A stretch of DNA of 48,774 nucleotides, the filler included, from Catajapyx aquilonaris (taxonomy: Eukaryota): the NCBI GenBank assembly GCA_000934665.2. It is 2 parts of 2 records of this genome, joined end to end, with 100 filler letters (N's around TTAATTAATTAA, not from the genome) between each part and the next. Parts side by side here need not be neighbours in the genome. Positions count along the whole stretch, not along the records: positions 1 to 24,428 come from JYFJ02005541.1; 1 more part is not named here. One strand, given 5' to 3'. A model generated the notes under the pieces. That model had not been told where the DNA came from, ran no database searches, and saw only the letters and a program-made list of their open reading frames with translations. The position numbers were made by a program, and so were the translations under genes. Each line of letters begins with the position of its first letter. Position 1 is the first letter of the stretch. This document shows positions 11,205-24,107 of this stretch, piece by piece.

Positions 11205-14200
11205 ATGCCGAAGCATCAGGCAGTAAAGCGGAAGGCATCTTCCGAAGAGGGCGCAACCGAGAGGAGTCGCTCTGAAGAGGACACGGCCAAGAAGAGTCGC
11301 TCCGAAGAGAGGCGGCATGATGATCAGGTTCGTAGCCAGTTCATTAAACAAAAAAATGATTTAACTGAATTTTTGTGTATTTCATTGCAGGATAAAAAAC
11401 TTGGAATACTGGAGCGTGTGGAGATGCAGAATTTCATGTGTCATGACTCGGTGTGCTTGGATTTCTCAAAGCACATTAATTTCATAACGGGAAAGAATGG
11501 ATCGGGAAAGAGCGCCGTGTTGGTGGCCGCCATGATTGGCCTGGGGTCGAAAGCCAGCAGCACTTGTAGGTCAACTAACCTGAAGGAGTTCATCAAGCAG
11601 GATTGCAGGAAGGCGCACATTGAGGTCACGCTCTCCAACCGTGGTTATCAAGCCTACAACCCGGAGGAATATGGAGAGACGATCCGGCTGCAGAGAGTGC
11701 TCAACATGAGTGGAACCAACACCATGAGCGTGTGGTCCTTGAAAGCTGGAGCTGAAAGCAGGTCTGGTGGGTGGAGACCAACCGAGAAGGGAGAGCTGGA
11801 GGTCATCCTGAGCAACTTGAACATCCAGATCAGCAACCCAGTCGTCATCCTCAACCAGGAGGTTGCCAGGTTAGCGTCATTCTTGCCGTTGCGATTTCGG
11901 AAAAGCTTACCGGCTTCATTAATGTGCAATATTGTCCATTCATTATTCATTTTAATGTCCTACTAAGAAATCTTGACCGGAGTGGCTGAAATTACTTTTC
12001 TTTCTCCCTGCCTGTTTACCATGATGTAAAGGGCTGTAATTGTAATGTACTGTTAACCGCAAAAGTAATGTTGTGACTATTTATGTGTTGGTAATCCTGG
12101 GCGCTGCCAGGTTACGGATATGTTTATATATGTGGCGATGTTCTGGAATCCACAACACTCTGCTCACAGGTCACGGGTCGCGGTTTGAGAGCGCCGCTAC
12201 TTATTCGTGCAACTTATTTCTAGTTTATACAGGGTGCTCAAAAACTCGCGGAAAGTCGCCAGGTAGCCTGATAGGACTCGCAAAACTAATATAGGGATGT
12301 GGAAGTAGTTTTGGGCTAACTTGCGTAGTTTTTGCGTACGACGCCTTCAAGATTTCGGCAGTTTCATGACGTCACATCCGCCTTGAGGCCCCCATTGCGT
12401 CATCATACATGTTGTTGTGGCTGTTGCCATTGGCACTGATTATTGTTGCGAATATTGTCAATTGTGATTGTTGAGAAATAAACAACGGTGTCTGTGGCCA
12501 GTCGACACCTCAATTGCCAGACTGAAATCGTTGTTTATTTCTCAACAATCACAGTTGACAATATTCGCACCAATAATCAGTGCCAATGGCAACAGCCACA
12601 ACAAGATGTATGATGACGCAATGGGGGCCTCAAGGCGGATGTGACGTCATGAAACTGCCGAAATCTTGAAGGCGTCGTACGCAAAAACTATGCAAGTTAG
12701 CCCAAAACTACTTCCACATCCCTATATTAGTTTTGCGAGTCCTATCAGGCTACCTGGCGACTTTCCGCGAGTTTTTGAGCACCCTGTATAGAGTCTGCGT
12801 ATTTATAAAACATAACCCACTCGTTTATCAGCGCTTTAATCCACACTGCAATAAAATAGTACTTTATTAGTTCTGAACATGATGTCTCACTTGTTCGAAA
12901 ACAATGTTCTTGAATCTTGCCATGCAAATTGGCTTATTCCGTTGCGTTATTGCCACTAGCCACACAAAACCAAAACATGTCATGCCAGCACCTGGTGGGT
13001 TATAATCCAAGAGGGCTGGTCAGTGAAGAAGACTACTATTCACTCTTACAAATGTCCGGGTTACATATCCATGACAGAAGTGATGTTTTTTTCCCTGGAT
13101 AAATACAGGGTGGTCCAACTTTTTTGTCCGAACAGCTATTGACAAATTCGGCCTAAGCTGCTTATGTTGTAGTGTGTTACCTGGCAACCCCGGCTGGCGG
13201 GCCAATTCAAACATCAGCACATGGAGACGAGTGCTAAGTGTTCTTTCCATTGTCGATTCCATATCCATATCCGTCCGGCCAAGAGCTTCCAGGGCTCTAA
13301 TAATACACAATTAACCTGGCCCCAGTGGCAGAGGAGCACCATGAGAACCTGCACATGTGGAAAGAACACTAAGCACTCTCCAGGAGCTGATGTTTGAATT
13401 GGCCCGCCGGCCGGGGTTGCCAGGTAACGCACTACAACATAAGCAGCTTAGGCCGAATTTGTCAATAGCTGTGTGATAGACAAAAAAGTTGGACCACCCT
13501 GTATATGCGACAACAGCCATGATTGTATAAAGCCATATGTATAAAATATTTATCCAGGAAAAAAACGTCACTGCCGAACGCACCTCTGGGACCATCCACG
13601 CTTCCTGTTTCCAAGGGTATGCCCTCATGCAGCAGCAATAGGAGTAATATTACTCCTATTGTTGGATGAGGGCATTGATAATAATAGAACAGTGTTTACT
13701 CAGGCTATTGTTGTGTGAAGTGCATTTCCGTGGAAAAAGGAGGAATGGAAGATTTCAGCAGTGCGTTTGGCAGAATTCCGTTCCCTATAACTTGGCAAAT
13801 AAAACTGTTATGTCACAGTCAGCATGTTAGGCTTGGTCTCCTACAGTATTTGGGTTATCTACTAGGCGTTTCGTTAAAATTCATCATTTAATTTGCTAAG
13901 GTGTGGCGCAAAATGTGAAGTTCGTTAGGTCTATAAAAAACTAGCTGATGATGACGGCAGTGTTGTTGATGCCAGCCTGCCTGTCAATCGAGACCTTATA
14001 GTCTTATACTGTACTATTTTATTGCAGTGTGGATTAAAGCGCTGATAAACGAGTGGGTTCTGTTTTATAAATGCTCAGACTATATAAACTAGAAATCAGT
14101 TGCACGAATAAGTAGCAGCGCTCTCAAACCGTGGGACCTGGACCGGGGGACCTGGACCGTGGGACCGCAGCCGTGACTGGTGAGCATAGTGTTGTGGATT

Positions 14201-17200
14201 CCGGAACATCGCCATATGAACATATTCGTAACCTGGCAGCGCCCAGGATTACCAACAGATAAACACATTCGCGACATTACTTTTGCGGTTAATTACAAAG
14301 GGATCAGTCAGTGCCATCAGATTCCACAGAAATGCGAAGCTCTTGAATTTCACTGAATGGACCCCCCAAAAAATATCCACTGCTCATTTTTTTTCCTACC
14401 CTTGTTCCATGCATTTTGGCAATTACTTAGTTTGCCACGCCACAAAAGAGAAAATAATATCCTTAGTTGTGACAAGGTCAACAAGACAAGCTCGCTATTT
14501 GACAATTTTTATTCAATTCACATGCTTAATTTGTTATTTTTTTTTATGTATTCCAGAGGTTTCCTGAATGCATCCTCTCAGCATGATCAGTACTTGTTCT
14601 TTGTGCGTGCTACCCTTCTGGAAAAGATAAAGAATGACTACTTGGAAACCCGGGAAAAGATTAAATTGGCAACGTCCTCGCTGACGCAAAAAGAAGAAGA
14701 CTTGACTGGATTACGGAAAGAGCTTGATCACTGGGAAGAGAAGCGGAAAAAGCAGGAAAGCATTGGCAAGGCCCGAGACAGGGTGCAGCTCCTAGGGAAT
14801 GAACTTGCTTGGGCAGAGGTACAAGCCTTAGAGAATCAGGAGGAGGAAGCATCGCAACAAGTGGCCTCTAGTGAAAATAAGTTGACGGAGCTGAGAAGGA
14901 AAGCTGCAGTATTCAAAGCAGAATTGGAGAACTGCGGGGAGAAAAACGAAGAAATCAATCAAAAGGTAATCTCACTTCAGTTGCAATGTGTGGAGTATCC
15001 GTTGGGTTTGTGGGTTAATCAGTGGTAAGGAAATTGTGAATGTATGAGAACTGGAAATGATTATTTTGTGAGGACCGGGCTAATATGACAGGTTCATGAC
15101 TTTTGTTGCTCAGACCCTACATGAAACAATTTCCATGTGAAAAAAAATCTGGAATTTATAGAACAAAACATGAAGCTTTAAATGTTGCTTATTGCGAGAA
15201 AATACATGAAATTTAGGCGTGGCTACTCATGTGGCATGCTGAGACTTCCAGGTATATTTGCCAGTGACAATAATACAGCAGGTTGTTTCCGGCTACTATC
15301 CAAAATTAGCATAAAGTACTAACGTAAGTGGCAAGTTTTAAAATGCTTTTTTTAAAATATATAATTTCAGATCAATGAACTGTCCAAGGACTTGGATGAA
15401 GTTGAAGTAAAGCAAAGGGCCGCTCAAAAGGAACATTCTGCTAAGTTGAATAATAAAAGGTCATTGGACAGAGAGAGAGGAGGGATTGAGACGCAGAAGA
15501 GGACAGCAGCGATTCAGAAAGATGAGCTACAGACACGTATCACTTCACTCAGGAAGGTGTCTCCTGAGGAGTATGAAGAACGTCAGCGAAAGCGGGAGGA
15601 GGAAATAAAAAGGTAACGCCCCAGCAGCCTCATTAATATATTATTATCACTTAATTGAGACTTTGTATCGGTGTTTCAAGAATACTCTGAAGTGTGCCGT
15701 CTGTAGCACTGCTCTGTTAGTAATTTTCCCACAAGATTTGTTATGGGTTTCCAGACTGTCTCCTTAGTAGTCACAAAAAGGATGAAAAAGCCTCCTGTTC
15801 TCTTTGCTGAAATGGAGGTTCACTCCAACCATACAAACCCTTGCAGCTTCTGTACCTAGCATTGTGCACGCTACAGTTTATACTTTAATTGAAAGCAATG
15901 ATTGTTGTGGCTTAGATAAGAATAGCCATAATTTGACACATTCACTCTGTTCCAGACTTGAAGAGAAGAAAGTGGAAGGAGAGGCTAAGATTGGCACTCG
16001 TATGGTCCACCTGGAACAGTTGCAACGAGCCAGAGTGCATGTGCAGAGGAAAGTGGAGTCACTTGTGCACGACGTGAAGGAGGCATCGCAGCAGAGGATG
16101 GAAAAGGAGCGGCAGCTGAAGGAGGCCAGCCATGGACCCGCAGGAGGGGATACCTTAGCTCGCTATGGTCGCTTCATGCCCAGGGTGGTGGCTGAGGTAA
16201 CAAGAGCCCACCAACAAGGGATGTTTCATAAGATGCCCTTTGGCCCTTTGGGCAAACACGTGAAGGTCAAGGATGCGAGCTGGGCTCCAGTGCTGGAGAT
16301 GATCTTGTCCAGCAGTCTATCGGCATTCCTTGTGCATGATAGCCATGACTCAAAGAAACTTCTGGACATCATGAATAGGATTTTTGGAGGCGAGAGGAAG
16401 CCACTCATCATCTGCTCCCCATTTACTGACCAGGTGAATTATAAATAATGCATTCCATATGCATATGCTACTGACACCCATCTGCTATTGTAAAAAAAAA
16501 TGAAATTGAAATTCTAACATAATCTGGCTTTTTATATGGGGGAGAAAAATAAGGGTAGCACTGTGGTGGAGTCATTAGCCAAATTGTAATCTGACAGCAT
16601 TTTTTCTATGAAATATATTGTTAAATTCTGACATTGTCATTCTGGTGTTTTTGCAGGCTTATGACACTCGCAGATTTGGTGTGACATCGGGCCCATACCC
16701 AACAGTATTGCAGCTGCTGGAGGTGGACCATGTGATGGTCTCCAATATTTTAATCGATAAGCACAGGATTGAGCAATTGCTCCTGATCCCAACAACGGAA
16801 GAGGCTATCAATGTAATGAATGACAGTCGCAATGTTCCAAGGAACTGTTCATCGGCATACACCAGAGAGAAAGGAGATGTGTACTACCCAGATCCAAATT
16901 ACCGGACGTACTTTGGTAATGCCAAGAGAGCCCGCTTTCTGCAAACTGACAATACATCCTACCTGCAGGTATGTCCGTGTTTTTGGAGTTTAGATGTAGG
17001 GGTTAATCAAAGGGAAACCAGACAAGAGTACAGATAATGTGCATGCCATGAGCTCTGGGCATGTTGTTTACAACTATGTGGCCTTCCCTGGACTGGTATG
17101 TCAAAGATATCCAGTTCATGTCTGTAGATGAAACAGGAGAAATTAATTTGCATATGGTGTGAATATTGTACCATGAATATTTTAAAAAGGTCATGATAAA

Positions 17201-20200
17201 TTTTGGAATGAAAATGGCATGTGTACACTTTTGCATTCAGCTTACCATAAAGCCAAAACAGCAAGGTGTCCTTGCAGGAAACTTGCAAGCTTGGTAACTG
17301 TGTTTAAGCAAAGTCCATTTAATGAGTCATATATTGAGCAATATGTACAGACCTTGTAATAATGTCCATGCTAATTTCACAAGGCGATTTTTTGAGGGTA
17401 ACCAAAGTTGAGATATATTTGGAAGTGCTGGTCTAAAGGCAGCAAGACAATATTGCTAGGAAGGGATATCACACAATGCCGGAAAATGTGGTACAGAGAG
17501 AAAATAATCACAACGTGACAAAAGACCAACAGATGATGGTGTGCTTAATAATGCAACAATGAAATAATCGGCAAGAGGGTTATGAAAGTGGTTGACAAGA
17601 GAACAGTAATTTGAACACATTTAAGCACAACATTACACTGTGGGATAACTTCTTTTGATTATGTCATCTGGAATATCACTGAAAAAATCAATCCTGATTA
17701 TATTATTGGTGTAACTTATGCCCTTAAATAACGACACTGTAAATAGAATCATTATCAAACTATATCATGCCACTGCAACAGAGCGGGCAGTTTATTTGTC
17801 AGTGGAAATGGTGTGCAGTAAGAAGGACGATTAGGTAAATATTAATGAATTTGGCAATTCTCTGAACCCCCCTATCAGGTATACATACATGGAAAGACAT
17901 GCATCAGAGTTAGGCGCAGATGTCCTGCTTCGGAATTGTCATCTGTTATTGGTCTTTGTCATGTCGTACTGTGGTCTGCAGTTTTAGACGTACAGTAAAC
18001 TGCTGCACATGTTTACGGTCGTGTCGTGTGATAACTAAGGACCATGTTTGCTCTTTGTACTCGGAAATATTATTATGCTACTTTTTGATCACGTTTCAAA
18101 AATGGACACGATGCTCCATTTATATTATTTTTATAACCTCAACAACATTGATGTATCAGGTCCAGCAACTGTCTGTCAGATTTAATACATTGCATAATTT
18201 AATGAAATACGGGCACAAGTAGCTCAGTGTAGCTACTGTGTATTGCATGGCAAAGTGTTAAGAGCATATCAGTACAGTAAGAAGTTGAGTATTATTGTAC
18301 GATGCATCTCTAATGGAACATTTATTCTGCAGTGTCTGAGAGAAGAGTTGGAAGAAAGCAGGGTTAGGGAGAGAGAAGCAGTGCAAGAGAAGGATAGAGA
18401 AGCCCAAGGTATTTCTCGAACCCAGAGAGAGCTAGAAAGAGAGGAGAGAGCTCTTCAGCAGCTTCAAAAGGAGAATCGAGATCTAGTCCGTAAGGTAATG
18501 GAACTGAGAGATGCACAAGAGGAGACCAACCTGCACACTGTGGCTATCTTGGAGGATGAATTGGAAACAGTTCTTAAGAAGATCCAAGCATATAAAGATA
18601 AAAGGAATGAAATAGCTCAGAGCATCGCTGACCTTGACAAAGAGATAAGCGAATTTGACAAAATCATCCAAGACTACAACACGGAGAAGAGGAGACTTCA
18701 GAGGAATAGCTCTCTCCTTCAGGTACTGTGACATGCTATATTTATTCATTTAATAATCATGGGACATTTGCCACAACTAATTTGTACACGTGTCATTGTG
18801 TTGTTGGGTTGTCTATTGGAAAGTGGTTGTCTGCTGTTTTACTGGTTGCGTGCCTGTTTGACTTGTATTGGACCAATGATAACTGGTGACCAAATGTCCC
18901 ACCAGTAAGAAACACCCTGTACGTGACAGAAGTACACTGAAAATTACACTATTGCGTCACGGCCCGTCTGGATTATCCAGACTGTGGGTATCCAGATTAT
19001 CCGGGAGAAACTTGAAAGTTGTTGTGGAACACAGGAAGATGTTTGGAAGGGCTTATTCAGACAATTTAAGTTAAAACCGAATCATTATCATCATCAAAGT
19101 TAATTACAAACATTTACTAATTCTGCCGTGAGTGTGTGAGATGCATTTCTCTGCTCTGGGCCCGCTCATGCTTGTTTGACGAAGGCACGCTTTTCATCAG
19201 TGGGCACCGGGGCTGTTGGGATGGCTTCTGCTGGCCACCAGCTCACACTTATGGTTTGGCCCTAATGTCCCAGATCTGTCCTGTTGTCTGGTCCTCCTCC
19301 TTCAATAGGTTGACTGGATGCCTGAGCATTGGTGATAGGCAACAGGTCATCTGGACCTAGTGGAACCGCGCCACACACAAGCAACATTATTCACCATTTA
19401 CCTGAAGGGAGGGGATTTTACGTCACAGTTCCAAATTTATGGTAAAATCACCACTGAGGAACCGAAACTAAACTTTGCATTGGTTGCGTCAGCCCAACTG
19501 CCCAAATCAACCCCGCGCATGGGGCTGGGCACCTGCCGAAGTGAAAAGTTACATCATGGATGGATGGAGAGCCTCACCCAGACTATCTATTCTCGAGGTC
19601 TTCTTTCTCCCGTTTCGCTCAAGCCCCCGAGTGACCAGAATTAATTAATTGGTTAAAAATTAAATACAAAATTAACCTAGTTGCCCAAATATGACCCCAT
19701 CAGCTACGTACATATGTACATTACTTCTCTTATTGGCTCTTAAGAGACGCCGAGAAAAGCAAAAAGAAAACTGAACAAGACAGCAACATAACACCCTCCA
19801 TAGTGCACATGCCAATCTGCCTCATGCGGCACAAAAGTCCTGATGTAAGCAAGAGCGAGGCTAAAATGAGGAATGTAGGTTGGGCAGAACTAACATGGCA
19901 AAAGGGAAGGAGAGTAACATCTACTGGAGGGCTAATCAGGATTATCAGGGGCAATTGGAGGACCGGTTGTTTTCGGTCCATTATGGATGGGCTTTTCTTT
20001 ATAAATTTCACACCGAAAGGGCCATAATCTCGTGCATATAATTATTATAACCTTCCTATCCTCCAATTTTTGTTCATTAGGAAGATGCTCAGAGAGCTAC
20101 GCAGACAACAGAAAACATCACCAGTAACCACAGGAGAGCAAAAGAAAGAATCGCGGAGGAAGTGCGCAGGTTGGAGGCAGGCAAGGCAACACTGGTGGAG

Positions 20201-21529
20201 AAGAAGAAGGAGATAAAGAAGTGGACCGAGTTAGCCAAAAAGAGGTGTGCTGAACGAGTTACAAAAAATCGTACACCAGAAGAATTGCGCCAGAAAATAA
20301 AAGATATGAAAGCCCAGATTGCTAAGATGGAGGAGGTGAGTGGCACCATGGAGTCTGTGCAAAACGAATACCTGCCCAGGAAGCAAAGATATGACAGGGT
20401 AATAGGGGAGATTCAAGGATGGAACATCATCATCAAGACACTCCATGATGGAATTAAGCGGCGTATGTCTCATTTTAATAAGTATCAGGCACAAATAACA
20501 ACCACGGTGAAGGTCCACTTCAGTAAACTTCTCCGAGCAAGGAACTTTCAAGTGAGTGGCTAATTTGAATTTCAGTTGGCATGCATTTGCAACCTTTTCG
20601 TCATTCTTATACCGTATGAACCAATGGATGTTCATAACATTTTGCTAGATCATGAAAAATAATGTTTTCAGTTTCACTAACATGCTTTCTGAAGGTCATG
20701 TGAGGTTATTAAAATATTATTTCATGTTTAAATTTTTGGGATTGTGACCCTTGGAACTTTTCTGTAGCAAAGGCTGCTTTTTAAAATGCCTTGAATGACT
20801 TTGATGTCATTCAACATTACTGCTATAAAAATGAGGAAAATTTGATCTCACTGTAACAGAAACATGCAAGTTAGGTGCCAACATGTACCTGTATTTTAAT
20901 TTCTGGATGGTGAGTGTGAATACCATGATGCATAATGCTTCTTTCAGGGAAAAATAACCCTAGATCATACGGAACAGAAGCTGGAGTTGTCAGTGAATCC
21001 CTATGACGGCACACGTGAAGTGGTGTCCCTCTCTGGTGGGGAACGCTCCTTTTCCACGATTTCTCTCATCCTTGCCTTGTGGGCTGCGATGGAGACCCCC
21101 TTCTGCATGCTGGATGAGTTCGATGTGTTCATGGTACGTACCTAGTAAATCTGGTGAAACACTTTGAATCTTTGATGGATACAATAGAATACTCCACATT
21201 CATAGTCGCAACTTGCCTGAAAGCATGCTGTGGCTTTTATTCTAAATTGCGTCAGTCTTGACCATTTATGATCAATAATTTTTGCAGGAGCTGCATCTTA
21301 AATTGCAGTAATAATTTGTTTCCTTTGTCATTTTTTATACCCTCAGGATGAAGCAAACAGACGTGTCAGCACTGATTTACTGATTCAGATGGCAAAAATC
21401 TATCATAATAGACAGTATGTGTTCCTGACACCTCTACGTCTTCACAACATCACGCCAGATGAGAACATGAGAATCTTCCACATGGATGATCCTGCCAGAA
21501 ACTATCAAGAAGCTCAAAATGAACAGTAG
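11205..21529 (+). CDS. SMC6: Structural maintenance of chromosomes protein 6
   Basis: Exons 11205-11327, 11391-11869, 14557-14965, 15371-15612, 15956-16433, 16657-16968, 18333-18722, 20081-20551, 20948-21133, 21347-21529 total 3273 nt (1090 aa). Motifs: NFMCH, Walker A GKNGSGKSA, LNQE, coiled coils, hinge PFGPLG, signature LSGGERSFST, Walker B LDEFDVFMD, QYVFLTP. Probable non-coding first exon ending at 11067 (G|gtaag), acceptor at 11200. Confidence 0.96.
11241..11310 (+). repeat. 30-nt coding tandem repeat in the SMC6 N-terminus (SEEGATERSR / SEEDTAKKSR / SEE)
   Basis: tccgaagagggcgcaaccgagaggagtcgc / tctgaagaggacacggccaagaagagtcgc / tccgaagag. Confidence 0.7.
12047..12862. mobile_element. 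MITE-like repeat, copy A (~260 bp), split by a nested MITE
   Basis: 12047-12229 plus 12789-12862 together are the reverse complement of 14011-14295; a third, partial copy is at ~25960-26197. Confidence 0.75.
12230..12786. mobile_element. 557-bp near-perfect palindromic MITE, Tc1/mariner-type (CAGGGTG termini, TA target-site duplication)
   Basis: Arms 12230-12487 and 12529-12786 (258 bp each, about 4 mismatches seen), 41-nt spacer, TA at 12228-12229 and 12787-12788. Confidence 0.9.
13106..13501. mobile_element. 396-bp palindromic MITE, Tc1/mariner-type (CAGGGTGGTCCAAC termini, TA TSD)
   Basis: ~140-bp inverted arms, TA at 13104-13105 and 13502-13503. It sits inside a smaller inverted-repeat element (13079-13105 vs ~13547-13572). 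Confidence 0.85.
14011..14295. mobile_element. MITE-like repeat, copy B (inverted relative to copy A), with internal 14-bp tandem repeats
   Basis: Reverse complement of 12047-12229 + 12789-12862; contains ccgtgggacctgga-type units at ~14129-14175. Confidence 0.75.
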
Positions 21530-22477
21530 GTATGTGAAGCTACAGTTCATTTGTGAACATTTGGAAACTTGTTGATTCACATTCCACGGGTCATCGAATG
21601 AAAACCATTCCAGCATTGTATGTCACAATCATGCTGCCATTCATCTAAGAGTTTATTGTTGCAGTGGCAGTTAAGATGAAAGTGACCACATTCCTGTAAG
21701 TGTATGGGCATTTATATAATCCGTTTTTTTACCACTTTTTATTTGCGGAATTGAGGAATTGTAATGAATATTTTTTTCAATTCACACAGGACAGCCATAA
21801 CTTGTTTGTATTTTTAGTTTGTCTTTATAATGGATCCAGGGATTTGACACTTTTTCTCTCGTTTGCAAATAGTTGCCAATCATCAGATTTTTAGTAGAGT
21901 AGAACCCCACTTGTGAGTGACGGATAATCGGGGTTCTACTGGACTACAAAATATGTCATTATTTTTACCACAGCGATGTTAATCAAAAGCAAATGATGGT
22001 TTCTTTCAATAACTCAGGAATTCAGGTGGCAGTCGTGTGAAACTAATACAGTGTGCCAAAATCTGATTTTATGCATTGTCTCTAAGCCAAAACATATCAC
22101 TGTTGTAGGCCAATTGATTAACATTATTTCCTTTTGCAAGAGGTTTATATACTGAGTTTTTTCATTTATTATTCAGATTGAAAAGTGTTCCTTTTTGAGT
22201 ATTAATAGTGAATACCACTGTATTATTTGGAAGGTGTGTCACTGCACTGTATTGCATTTTTGGGATGATTTGACTGCAAAAAAACCTTGCACCATTCCAC
22301 AGAGTTGTTAATTAGGTATGTCATACTGGCAGAGAATTATGCGTGAGCGTGACACAGCTGGAAAGTCACAAATAATAATTGTCCCAAAACATGCAGCAGT
22401 AAGTTTAGTAAAGCTTTAAAAGAGGATGGTTCTATTTTGTAAGTGTATCTAATGTTGTTGCCGTGATATCCCTCCAT

Positions 22478-22608
22478 GTTGCAAGTTTCCGTCCTGGTTC
22501 TGAGCGTGTACTTGTAAGTACAAGTATATGCACAGAATCAGGATGGAATCTTGCGGTCAAGGCTCCCCAGACTTACGGTCTTTTCTGCACAAAATACGGG
22601 AGCCTTGA
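22478..22608 (+). other. Long hairpin (36-bp stem) followed by a second stem-loop
   Basis: 22481-22516 pairs with 22519-22554 (4 G-U pairs, 2 mismatches); caaggctccc (22558) pairs with gggagccttg (ends ~22608). Confidence 0.6.
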
Positions 22609-23931
22609 AATAACATTGTGGTAGCCTTTTTGAAGGGAATTTAGTCCCGAGTGGCTGTGACATGTGGAGAGTCAAAAAGAAGAATGGTGGCATTTGTTAC
22701 GGACCACCTCCAAATCTTCCATGTCTTTCTCAGTTGATAAAGGTTGGCTGTCCAGGTTCTATTACTAATTGGTTATGTCTATGCAATTAATTAAACAAAA
22801 CCATTATTCGTTACAATGGACAAAAATTACATGTTGATACCTAGTGGTTAACATGACATTTTAATGATGTCAGCAGAAATATTGAAGTTTGTAATGTTTA
22901 ATGAACTGTTACAAGCGCTGCTTAATTAATTGATTGAGTGTGGAAGTGATGAAAATCCAAACAAAGGGTTTTGGGCGAACCCCATTGATTTTTTGGGTGT
23001 AATACTGGCCAACTTTTTGCATTTATCCGGAATTGTCAAGGCATACACAATCCAGGGCATTGAGCAGAAGAGAGTACGCAGCATTCTTATGTTCTCCTGA
23101 TTGGTTGCTGTTGTGTTTCACATGAACAAATGTATTGACAGACTGACATGACCAATAAAATTTTGTTATCCTCTTATTTAGCGGATTTTGATTTGAATCG
23201 TGGGCAGGATCCAGGGCCAGACTTGTGAACACCTCATGTACTGACATCAGAAATAATTTTGCGTTGCAGTGAAACAGAATGTCTGAACAGCTGGCAAGGA
23301 AACGCAAGACGAGTACAGATATGGAAACCACCAATAGAAGATGCCCTGAAGAGACTTGCATGAAGTAGTTAACTAAACTAACATTATTTTAGGCATTTTC
23401 TTCAATACGCATTACAGGCTTCCTCCCTGCCCCTTTGCGCAATGCACATAAAGTAGGACATCCTCCACACACTTCGCACAGCACTTTTGGATGCTGAATG
23501 AGATTTGGATCCAAAAGCAGTAACCAGGGATACGCAAATGTGATTTGTAACAGCGGCACTCCCAGGTCGTGATTGAATTTCCGGATCCTAAGATTACCTA
23601 CCTCTGTTCAGAAAAACGTGTGCCAAATGTGAAGCCGAGTCCGGTTTTGACAATCACAAGTGGTATTATGCTTAGACAAAAGGTATTGTCTAGGGTATTA
23701 TGGAAACATTTAGCTAAGTTCTCGACGTGTTCCTGATTCCACCATGCAAATAAATTATGCAAATACTCAAATTGAGTGTGTGCCAACAAGATGTTTAAGC
23801 ACTACTTTTTCGTAGTGTCTGATTTTGATCAAACTGCAAGTTTGATACATGTTGGGCACCTGTAAAATTCATGTTTACTTTGCTATTTGATCATGAAGCA
23901 TGCGATATTGCAATAATAAATATCAGACATT

Positions 23932-24107
23932 CAATTGAATCTGGATTTAACAGACTTCAAGGGTCCATGGAAATCAGTCTGTTATAACCAAGGTCTGCTA
24001 CAGCTGAATACACAGGCCATTTATGAACGTATGGCGGGACCTGCCTTTCGAGTCTGTTATAACTGAAAGTCTGTTATAACTGAGACTGATATATCCTGAT
24101 TCAACTG
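23932..24107. mobile_element. CAGTTGAATCCGG-family MITE, copy 2
   Basis: CAATTGAATCTGGATTTAAC...ATATCCTGATTCAACTG-TA with internal GTCTGTTATAAC repeats. Confidence 0.7.

Noticed and set aside
12053..14292. piggyBac element flanked by TTAA
   Set aside because: The third copy reads GGTCAATAGTAC at the same end and similarity extends beyond the TTAA, so TTAA is part of the repeat rather than a TSD.
21898..21940. Hairpin agtagaacccc...ggggttctact downstream of SMC6
   Set aside because: Looks like the collapsed termini of a small DNA-transposon remnant; too short to support a functional claim.
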